Below, piece after piece: positions 54,569 through 64,000 of a DNA stretch of 64,000 nt. This DNA is from Syncephalis fuscata S228 (taxonomy: Eukaryota > Fungi > Zoopagomycota). Below the pieces are notes generated by a model. It saw only the letters and a program-made list of their open reading frames with translations. It did no database searches and was not told where the DNA came from. Every line of letters begins with the position of its first letter. Position 1 is the first letter of the stretch. The stretch lies in assembly GCA_025786725.1 (NCBI GenBank), contig JAHLTZ010000008.1, forward strand, positions 744,001 to 808,000. The letters run 5' to 3'. The translations under genes and the position numbers were made by a program.

Positions 54569-55900
54569 ATGGACGGCCCGGAAAACTCAAGAGTAAGAAG
54601 AACTCCATTATGGACAACAGGCTACACCACAGATACAAGATACAAGTACAATGATTATTATCTGCCCCATAAAACAATGGACTACCACGCAAAAATTGAT
54701 GATAGCATTCCGTTATTCAACAGTTTAATTAAAGACGAAGATCCAATTCTGTGGCTGGAACTATTTGAGCAAGGTGCTAGACGGAATGGATGGCTAGAGT
54801 ACGAAAAACTAGCGAAAGTATCATTGTATCTGGAAGGACGTGCAGCGCTGTGGTTTTACGATGTAGAAGATTGGATCCAAACATGGAGAGAAAGCGATGA
54901 TTTTGGTCATTATTCAACCAATTCATTCTATGGAAAATTCTACGCAAAGTTTATTACTCCAAGTATAGAACGTCTTTGGCTAGAACAATTTCGATATTGC
55001 ACATTTGTAAAGAATGATAGTGTTACAACATTTGCTAAACGGTTAAGCGAAATACACAAACGTTGTACGCTATATCTAAATGTTAGTGACGCTGAACTGA
55101 TCGATCAATTTAAGCAAAATTTATCTGTTGTAATACGGGAAAAATTGTTAAGACATTTAGATTTTATGGAACGCGAATATCAAATTCGACAATACAGCTT
55201 TGATACAATCGTTAAAATCACTCAAAGAGTGGAGTTAAACCACATTAATGAATATGGTAGCCTACCATATGACTATTCATGTGAACAAATTGATCACGAG
55301 CCGTATCATTGCCATTACGCAAAATCAATTTATATGCGAGAATGGATATATACGTCTGTTCACCAAATTCGTCACAAAGTACAACCAAAGTCAACAGCGT
55401 GTCAGCCGACAGTACATATTGTCAACAAATGTCCGCCGAATCAAACTGCCTCAGACAAAGTAATTGATACTAAGCAACAAGAAGATATAGTTGAATATGA
55501 AGGCACTAATAATATCAATTCAAGTACTACGTCATATGATTTGCAAGTTGATTCAACAATTGTCGATAAAATACAACAAAGGTTAATATCATGCAACAAC
55601 TACATCGAGCTAGTAAACAACAATGTAGACAAGTTCGATGAGATAAAATTGAATGCTACTAAATTGGTTCGGCTTAAACGCAATGCCGAGAATATAAATA
55701 TAAATTATATATTGCATTCGAATAACTTGCCATTATTGTCAGCTTTCGACAACTACAATTATGGCATCTTTATGTTGGATAACAGAGGTAAAGGAAGCGC
55801 TAAACCATACGAAGAATTATCTTTGTCCAACTTAAAACATTCTTTGTGTTATGGACAATGCGAGGACGCATTTTCGTGTGGTGCAGGGGAATGTTACTAA
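54569..55900 (+). CDS. gag: Retrotransposon Gag (capsid) protein, 443 aa
   Basis: DPILWLELFEQGARRNGW..EKLAKVSLYLEGRAALWF and DSVTTFAKRL..LIDQFKQNL are Ty3/Gypsy capsid-type motifs. Stop codon lies inside the 3' LTR. Confidence 0.88.
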   Translation: MDGPENSRVRRTPLWTTGYTTDTRYKYNDYYLPHKTMDYHAKIDDSIPLFNSLIKDEDPILWLELFEQGARRNGWLEYEKLAKVSLYLEGRAALWFYDVEDWIQTWRESDDFGHYSTNSFYGKFYAKFITPSIERLWLEQFRYCTFVKNDSVTTFAKRLSEIHKRCTLYLNVSDAELIDQFKQNLSVVIREKLLRHLDFMEREYQIRQYSFDTIVKITQRVELNHINEYGSLPYDYSCEQIDHEPYHCHYAKSIYMREWIYTSVHQIRHKVQPKSTACQPTVHIVNKCPPNQTASDKVIDTKQQEDIVEYEGTNNINSSTTSYDLQVDSTIVDKIQQRLISCNNYIELVNNNVDKFDEIKLNATKLVRLKRNAENININYILHSNNLPLLSAFDNYNYGIFMLDNRGKGSAKPYEELSLSNLKHSLCYGQCEDAFSCGAGECY

Positions 55901-56555
55901 TTTACCTGTATAACTATGGTGTAAATTGCGCTATTTACTAAATGTGGTAAATAACTTAATTAGCAATAATTACATCACGTGATTGTTCCCATTTCTGGTA
56001 ATCGTCAGGGTCCTTACAAAGATAGTCGTGCTTTCAGCCAAGATACGACGATCATACTATTATAATTGCTTCTAATTCGTAGCAGGAAACACAGCGCCTA
56101 TAAATATTTGCGATCCACGGCCCCATATTACTTATTAAAGTAACACTGGCCCCATATCGCTTGAAGAAGAAATTGAACAGACAAGCCGTTCAAGTTCTTC
56201 CTTCGCAGTATTCAAGACCATTTACTATAAAATGGCAACTATGTTTCTTAATCTTAATAAACATTATCTTATCTTGGTTTAAATTCTTTTTTATTTTATT
56301 TGAATTTTGAACCTTTTGATCATTTCAGTCTTGCAGTGATTGCTAGACTGAACTGATCTTTTTATCTGAGTTAACAATATTCTAGTCATTTATTCTACTT
56401 CTGTGGAAATTATTAATTAAAGGTTAATAATCTTTATTAATAAAAACAATTAAGTAAGTCTTATATAACACTAATTACTAACATTATAGGTCACTCAAGA
56501 CCAAGCATAATATTAGTAATCTGTTTATTATTCTACTCTTAGTGGAATAGTAACA
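55892..56555 (+). repeat. 3' LTR
   Basis: Direct repeat of 53823-54486, followed by TSD CTAC. Confidence 0.95.
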
Positions 56556-56987
56556 CTACTTTTATTTAAACATTGATAAAAAAACCAGATTTAATAAATT
56601 GTCGCAATTAATTCATCGGGGGTTTTTCTTGTTTTTTTCCTAATCCATTTGATGCGATAAGAATACGTAACATTTATCTAGCATTTAAAGATTAAATCTT
56701 ATCAAAATTGCTTTTATTCCAGTTTTGTTCTATAAAAGTAAAATTTATCATTCTATTTTTATAAAGTGCTGTTTTAAATGGTATTTGGAAATATCATGCG
56801 GCGCATACTCAATTTAGCAAGTCCCAACTAACGAGTACCCGTAGGACTTTTAAAAAATTGAATAAATATTAGCAGCAGTATTACTACGCGCATCGCTTTT
56901 AGTTCTTCCTTTTTACGACTCACAGGCTCTTGCCATTGTTATTACTTTCCAGCCAATTATTTGACTTTAACGAACAATTTTGTTATA

Positions 56988-58537
56988 ATGATACTTATGA
57001 AAAATAGTCAGCTTACTAAGTGGGCCAGTGCTTTGGCATTTATTTTATCTGCACATCTTGCTTTAGCCACAGCGCATAATATTAGCCAGCTCAAAAGTAT
57101 AACTATTACTAATGCTCAGTTTTATAATTTGTGGCTAATAGCAAATTTTAGATGTTTTAATGAATCGTAAAAGAGGCCCTCCCGATGGAATCGGTGTTCC
57201 TGATAATCTTAATCCAACGAACCAAGAATACTCATGGACACAGAAATATAACTTTCAACGTGTTCTTGTGAAATGCCGAGCTCCTACTGCTTTTAATAAT
57301 CAGTTTCAATTTTATCAGGTAATAACTACAAATATTTGGTTGCAAAGTTTGTCATCCTTTAATGCTTATTTTAGGATTTTATAAATAAAGCATCTACGCT
57401 ACGTGGTGTCGCAGGAAACGAATACATTACAGCACCTCTTTTCGACTTTGACATACACGAAAAGCGCTGTTTTGTTCTATTAGACAATTGTCCCTTGTCA
57501 TTGACCGTTTACTCAGGATATATATCACCGGCTAAAAAAACAGAATTATTTCCTCGTTTATTTAAGCAGTTGATACAAGGTAGCTATCTATTGTTAATAG
57601 TTTGCTATGCATGTCATTATTAATTAACTACGTTTATTTAGGTGTTAACTATGTACATCAACTTGGATGGGCCAATTTAAACTTTGATTTAAACAGTAAG
57701 TTATTACTGTTTAACTAATGTTTATCGGTACACTAAGCAACAACAATAGGCATTTGTATTAAATTAAACCCAGAACCAACAATGATGATTTATCTTGATC
57801 GTATAAAAAGCTTGAAGCCACTTCAATATAACACCGACCAAACAGTTATACCTAAGCCAGCGTATGATCCCTTTCTACTCTACCCAAACGAATGGGTCTC
57901 TCAAAATCTTGTAGATCCACGTAAAGCTGACTTATGGAACATTGGTGAAATATTCTACTATGCATTTTTTTCCAACATTAAATATTACGAAGGATTAGAA
58001 GAGGCAAAGCAAATGGTTGATCACACATTCTCCTCGATTAAAATGCCACGACCAACATCTTCGGTCAATCTACAAGAAGCGTTTAAAACATTTTTGCCCA
58101 AGTTTAAGTATTTCATAAAACATCAATTAAATGATAGCTTAAATTCTTTAAATAGTAACAGTAAAAGCAGCAGTGATCTAGCTATTTTGCTTAATTTACA
58201 TGGCGGTTTCCCTCAACAGCTTATTACAACACGACCACAGACGCCGTTTAACGAGATAGTGCTATCGCAAAGTATAATCAACCTGTTAAAAACCAGTTTG
58301 GGTATTATCTACCATGACGACCATTTTAAACATTATACGCAGTTTATACTTAACGGATTTTATCGTTTGGGCATTATAGGTGCTGTAACATTGGATTACA
58401 CTCAGCATTCTAAAATGTACGCTCCTGCACTCAAAATGATCTCTCAACTCTTGGTTTGGTATCCGCAACAACGACCCACACCAGAAGATTATATCAAACA
58501 ATGGATTAGTAGAGAAACTGCTCAAGCTACGTCATAA
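56988..58537 (+). CDS. Secreted pseudokinase
   Basis: Signal peptide (KWASALAFILSAHLALATA). VLVKC, LFKQLIQG|VNYVHQLGWANLNFDLN (HRD lost), IYLDRI, KADLWNIGEIFY (subdomain IX), MISQLLVWYPQQRPTPEDYI (subdomain XI). Four introns. Confidence 0.8.
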
Positions 58538-58825
58538 TTAGTCTAATGGTTATTTGGATTGGTTGTCATGTTCAAAAGCACATTATCAATAGTATGGTTA
58601 TCAAATAGCTGCTTCATTTTACATATTTTACAATTGACTAATAATCATTTTAAACTTTAATACAAAATGCAAGTAAAATATAAACGTAACATTATTATTA
58701 TTGTTGTTGTTATTGTTATTATTACTATTTTAGCGATGGGCACTGAAAGACGCTATAAATGTATAGAATTGGATGGCAAAAGAGAAAGAAAGAAAGAAGA
58801 AAGGAGAATAAAATAAAGTGTGTTA

Positions 58826-61108
58826 TTATTCGCGGAAAGAAACGGTTCGTTTACGTAACGGCGTGGCATCTTCCTTTGTTTGACCACGACGTGGACGACG
58901 TGTATAGTCGAGAATAAGGAAACGACCGCCATACCGATCAATTCGGCCAGTAAATGAAGGTGTAACACATAATTCATCGTCACGAGCATGTGATCGACTA
59001 GAAATTTGTGTAGTGGAGGGAAGTGCTAAATTGCTGAATGGTGAACCTGATCTAAAGGCAGCATCTAACGCATTAAATTGCGGCGATGATGTTGTTTGAG
59101 GAGCAATTAATGGCGATAAACGCGGTGAAACAGAACGGCTATGTGGTGCATGCGAATGTGGTGTAGGTGCACAAAGATGCTGAGTACGCGTTTTTGGGCT
59201 TTCGCCCGATGATAGCTCATTATCGGTCGTATTATCAACAGGTTGACATTCCTCCCACTCTGTTGGCCATAGCCAGCGTAAAGCTAGACCCGTTGTTACA
59301 TCTACAAGACAACGACGGCCTTCCTCGTTGCTTACTACAGCTACCGAACCAAGGACATGAGCTGGACGCGGTGTAGCCCATGGCCAATGGCACTGATAGC
59401 GTGGAAGGCCATTTGACAACGAAAGAGCTAGACAACGGGGTGGAGCAAGCGCGTCTACGTCCAACGAGGCTGCATTGGCTGCTGACAAGTTATTGCCAAC
59501 ATCAGCGTCAGGATGTAAAAAGAACTGTGCTATACCAGCCTCGGCAAATACTTCAACCGAGTGTAGATCACGATGACGTGCCAATTCGCGATCCCACAAC
59601 AAACAGTTTAAACGTGTAGAATGCAAAGCAACACGAGAGCGACGCTGACTATGCGCCACTGTAGCGCCGGATGGGTCTCTACACTGTGTGTATACCACAA
59701 GTACACGATCTGCATCAACGGCATAGACACGTAGCGTATCACGGTCAACACCTTCGATTGGCAACATACCCGCACGCGATGCACGACGTTGTCCATTGTG
59801 TTTAATAGGCGATGGATCGTTATTGGCACTGTTACGCGACCGAACCGACCATTGCTCCCAAAGCATCTGTAGACGATGGCCTACAACACCGCAGGCATAG
59901 ACGAGGAGCGATCGATCGTCGGATGCTTGTACACAGCCATGACCAAGACTGCTGCCGAAATTACCAACTTCGGTGGCATTTCGAGCCAGATCGTAGACTG
60001 TATACCCGTTGACTGCAGCACCAGATAAAGGTGATCCACAAGTGCTGGTCGAATTGGCCGATCCAGTGCCTTGTGATGAGCGTGGCGTCACTAGCCAACG
60101 ACCACGTAATTCAGTCAATCTAGATGCATCAAATCCATCAACTCGATATGCCATATGTTGATGGCCAGTCTTCCATACACAAAGTGTGTGACGGGGTGTA
60201 ACAAACATTGAGCCGCTATTGTTGGGCACAGGCAAATTGACACCATCCGTAACAGCAGCGGCAATGGAATCAGCGACCAACACCACAACAAATCGATCAT
60301 TAATACGTGCATCTGCCACGCCGGGAATGCGGGCCACGCCCAACGCAGAACGACGAGCGCCTCGGCCACGTAGAACACGAGGTGGTGGCGTAGTTAAAAC
60401 ACCAGGTATACCTTGCATACCTTTGTCGGATAATTCGTAGAATCGTGGTGAATAATCTCCCCGATGCTCAACAATGATAACTCGACCTTCACGGGCCACT
60501 CGTAAAATTGTACCGGCTGCACCACTGGCGAGTACATTGACACGCTCACCTTTCTCGACGGGCAAAATCACTTCACGTAGACGTGCACGCAGCGGTGCCA
60601 TTTCTGATGTTTTCTTTTTCAATCTACTCGCTCTACTCCCTTCACTTGATTCATCTTGTAAGCCGCCGTTACGCCAGGCCGTTTCTAATTGTCGCCGAGC
60701 CAGAAACACTTGATTCCAGCTGATTTCTATGGTATCGTTGGATGCGCCACCAAAGGTAGACACACTATCTTTAAGCCACGAACGTAGCCAGTCGCGCTCC
60801 TCGTGAGCACTTAATAAATAAGCCGCGCGGTATAAACGACGGCCAAAGCCTGGGTCCGCCATTACGGCACGGTGTAGTTGCCACGAACATGCAGCCAAAC
60901 GAACAGCTGTACGTAAGTCATCAGGGCTAATAAACCGAACAATACGTTGTAATACTGCGTCTGGAATGCCCAGTGGCGCATTTAATTTCTCTATGCTTCG
61001 TTGATGTCGATGGCCCGATATTTTTACCTTTTCGCTGTAGCGGGTAAGTGTGGATTTACGTGCCGGATTACGAGCGGGCTTTGTCCAGGGAATCACGTCG
61101 GGAGACAT
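58826..61108 (-). CDS. F-box-like protein, 760 aa, related to 44662-47361
   Basis: LGIPDAVLQRIVRFISPDDLRTAVRLAACSWQLHRAV, then RRLYRAAY..EERDWL and SWNQVFLARRQLETAWRNG; beta-rich C-terminal region. Intronless. Confidence 0.72.
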   Translation of the reverse strand: MSPDVIPWTKPARNPARKSTLTRYSEKVKISGHRHQRSIEKLNAPLGIPDAVLQRIVRFISPDDLRTAVRLAACSWQLHRAVMADPGFGRRLYRAAYLLSAHEERDWLRSWLKDSVSTFGGASNDTIEISWNQVFLARRQLETAWRNGGLQDESSEGSRASRLKKKTSEMAPLRARLREVILPVEKGERVNVLASGAAGTILRVAREGRVIIVEHRGDYSPRFYELSDKGMQGIPGVLTTPPPRVLRGRGARRSALGVARIPGVADARINDRFVVVLVADSIAAAVTDGVNLPVPNNSGSMFVTPRHTLCVWKTGHQHMAYRVDGFDASRLTELRGRWLVTPRSSQGTGSANSTSTCGSPLSGAAVNGYTVYDLARNATEVGNFGSSLGHGCVQASDDRSLLVYACGVVGHRLQMLWEQWSVRSRNSANNDPSPIKHNGQRRASRAGMLPIEGVDRDTLRVYAVDADRVLVVYTQCRDPSGATVAHSQRRSRVALHSTRLNCLLWDRELARHRDLHSVEVFAEAGIAQFFLHPDADVGNNLSAANAASLDVDALAPPRCLALSLSNGLPRYQCHWPWATPRPAHVLGSVAVVSNEEGRRCLVDVTTGLALRWLWPTEWEECQPVDNTTDNELSSGESPKTRTQHLCAPTPHSHAPHSRSVSPRLSPLIAPQTTSSPQFNALDAAFRSGSPFSNLALPSTTQISSRSHARDDELCVTPSFTGRIDRYGGRFLILDYTRRPRRGQTKEDATPLRKRTVSFRE

Positions 61109-63521
61109 GCTACGGTCACTACTACCACTAATACTACTAATATGGTTAGAAAAAGATACTAATAAAATATAAACGCAGTCTATTAAAGAACCAACGACTC
61201 GTCAAAGTGTAGAATAAAAGTCGTGTGTGTGTGTGTGTGTGCGAGTGTGTAAGACAATAGTGCTTGTAAGAAGAAAGAATAGGAATGAGAGTGGAAAGTT
61301 AGGCCGTGCTCTGGTCGGCGAGAGAAAGGACGGAATATAACAACGAGATTCAGAGAACGCAATAGAGTGGCTAAAGATAAGAATATAGCTAAGCCACGAG
61401 ATGAACGTCGTGGAGTCTGGACAAGTCGGTGGAGTCTGACTAAAAAAGGACAAGGCGGTAGAAGCGAAGGAGGTGCAAATAGATGGCAACCACTCTATTT
61501 GGTTGGCCGGTAAAAGATGGCCAAGGTCTAGTATGGAATGCACTCTCTGGTTAATAATATTGACCCGTAAGAATATTAACCTGCAAGGACACGCACGTAG
61601 ATATGCACGCACGTACTGGTACACTCGCGCTCGCTATTACTCACGATACTTACAATGAAAGCAAGTAAAAATAGAATAATAGAAAAGTGTGTGATATATT
61701 GGTTTAATAAATGATCAAAATACTAAGTAATTGAATGAATCGATAGCGAGTGACAGATAAAATGCAAAGATCTAATAAACGTAGAATAAAGCGTGCGTGC
61801 GTGTGTGTGTGTGCGTGCGTGTGTGTGTGTGTGGAATGGTTTTACGAAGTTAGAAGAGTCAACTAAAGTACTTTTAATAAAGTAAAGTGTTATAAAGACT
61901 AATAATAATGCTACTATTAGAACTAGAACTATTAATGAGGCGATGACGGATGATGCTGATAAATGTGCTATTCCTGGCGTGATATCATGCCAAGAGGGTT
62001 TATTTATGTCTCTGGACAAAGGCGAATTGGCCAGCAATAAGCTAAACATGCCCCGCATCACAGTCGTCGGTGATAGGCGGGTACGGCTACACGGCTATGA
62101 TTATTATAATACGCCGACAAATAATGTACATTATCACAGGTATTGTTGTTGTTATTGCTATTATTGTTATTATTATGGTTATTTTCCGTGACTGTTCCGG
62201 AAATCGGTTTCGTATCCTTCCTTCCTTCCTTTGATAGAGAAAACGTCTGCCACTTGTCGCCTTGACTCTTCTTTTTGCTTGTTTCTTCTTCCTTGATTCT
62301 CCTTTATCTTCGGTAAGAGAGTGGCAACAGCGTAGGTGAGAATGCGTTGCGTTTGAATAGTGCTTCAGCCATGAAAGGCCTTCTCCTTGTACAATACTAC
62401 TCATATTTACCAACTTTTAATCTAGTACCCTTTCCACGTGCGACTAAACTATTTTGAAATGCCAGGGCCGTGGCTTGTTCTGTTAAAGTTGCCTTTATTT
62501 TTTATTACCACAAGTCTATTGTCGTCGTTGTTGCTGCTGCTATTACTAATAGTACTTATTCAACGTGTGTCGTACATAATTGTCTGGATTCAACGCAATC
62601 CTGATAGCCAAGCAATGATTCGATGTTTCAATCCACCCTTTGACCTGCAGCTCTTGCTGATCCATCTTTTTTTAGCAATTCATTGTAAAAATAAACATAT
62701 TATTTAGTTAGTTCTAGGATTAGTCAACAGCTTGGGCCCACTGCGTTGAATTAGACCATTGCTGTTGTGTGACAAGCATTAGTGTATTGTTCTTAATCTA
62801 TTTATATTGTCCTTGATCTATGAACATTGTCTGTACTAGTATTATTTAATAGTAACTGACTGCATCAATGATAGATAACAATAACAAATGGGCAAATCAT
62901 ACACACAAAACAACGCAGTGTATCCAACCAAATAACCAGTCTCCATTTGCATCGTTATTTCGTTGTCTACACTGGTACAATGGTTATTTCCATTATATCT
63001 ATCGATCATTGTCATAAGCGGCCACTAGGATGGGCCATTTACAGCAATTGCTTAATTTAGTATAGGTCGTGTTTTCAATTTATCCTTTTCCGGTCAGTTT
63101 TCCCCCAATCCTTGAGATTCGTCAACGACCATCGAGCCATTTCACGTGTTGTTTAGTAATACCGCCGTTCTCTCTTGGCATATTTGCTTTACGACAAGCA
63201 CGCGTGGATTTGAACGCACTGCTCCGACAAAACCTCGTTAGTACTGTTCTCTTTTTACTCAATTAACACTCCGTGCTGTATCGTCGCTATTCTTATTATT
63301 GCTGCTGTTGTCGCTGTTATTAATATTCTGTCTCTTTATTCTCTTTATCACATCCCGTGCTTACCTATCTGTTTAACCAACCAACCATTTATATCGCTGG
63401 TATTACGCAGCTATTACATCTATACAGCTATATGAGCGCGTGAATACCAAGCTTTGCTTTCGTTTGAAAATACCTTTGTCTTAGATACATTCTATTACCT
63501 TTCTTTCTTTGTTCTAACCAA

Positions 63522-63557
63522 CACTACTACCACTACTACCACTACTACCACTACTAC
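63522..63557. repeat. (CACTACTAC)4 minisatellite
   Basis: Four perfect 9-bp units. Confidence 0.85.
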
Positions 63558-64000
63558 CTGTGCTCGTTTATTCTAGTAAGTAATCTCGCAATGGACTATT
63601 CATACCAGACAGTATTGCTATGATAAGGGGATGTAATTATTTGTAATAATAGCCATATTTTGGTAAATGGTTTATTATTGTTTGTATCGTCTGTAAAGTC
63701 TATAGAATATGAATAATAGACACATGCCATCCAACTCACAAGGAACTATGGCTACTCAAAACACCATTCGTAACTGCAGCACATGCCATGCCTTTAATGC
63801 ATAAGAATGCATGTTATCACGCAGGGAATATTGCATTTAAAGGATTAACGCCATATGGCTCCTTATTTTATGTTTTTTGCCTTTCCTCAGCTATTTTATC
63901 TTTGTATGGTAAAAGTAGTAATTATTTATTTAATTTTACATGTGATCATTTATATTGTATTGCATATTAACTTAATTTACAGCGTATTTAAAACACAACA

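Larger units (their letters stand above)
53823..56555 (+). mobile_element. Non-autonomous Gag-only LTR retrotransposon (Ty3/Gypsy-derived, 2733 bp)
   Basis: 664-bp LTRs at 53823-54486 and 55892-56555 with TGTTACTA...TAGTAACA ends, 4-bp TSD CTAC, PBS TGGCGAGCACACCAGGAC, purine-rich tract before the 3' LTR, single gag ORF, no pol. Confidence 0.95.

Noticed and set aside
61202-64000. Several 60-140 aa ORFs
   Set aside because: Low complexity, microsatellite-rich and motif-free; more likely long UTR/promoter sequence.

Overview
AT-rich eukaryotic genomic DNA with many short (~45-85 nt) spliceosomal introns and the standard code. It is most consistent with an early-diverging fungus; a Zoopagomycota (Syncephalis-like) origin is my inference from gene content, not shown by the sequence. 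Conserved genes: Argonaute (cut by the window start), prefoldin 1, a PPR protein, UTP7/WDR46, a UPF0183/PHAF1 protein, an ApgM-type phosphoglycerate mutase, NTAQ1/WDYHV1, an ABCC transporter, two convergent LaeA-like methyltransferases with MG N-termini and two related F-box proteins. Accessory content: four signal-peptide-bearing kinase/pseudokinase genes sharing intron positions, two of which form a near-identical inverted pair around the ABC and F-box genes; a small secreted protein between two LINE 3' fragments; and a young Gag-only LTR retroelement. Missed by the ORF track: three decayed copies of a Fanzor/TnpB-like nuclease C-terminus, each followed by a conserved non-coding tail (candidate omegaRNA scaffold), and a ~200-nt GC-rich structured island resembling an unassigned Pol III RNA. 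Several genes carry isolated frameshifts, probably assembly indels. Exon coordinates and alignments were read by eye.
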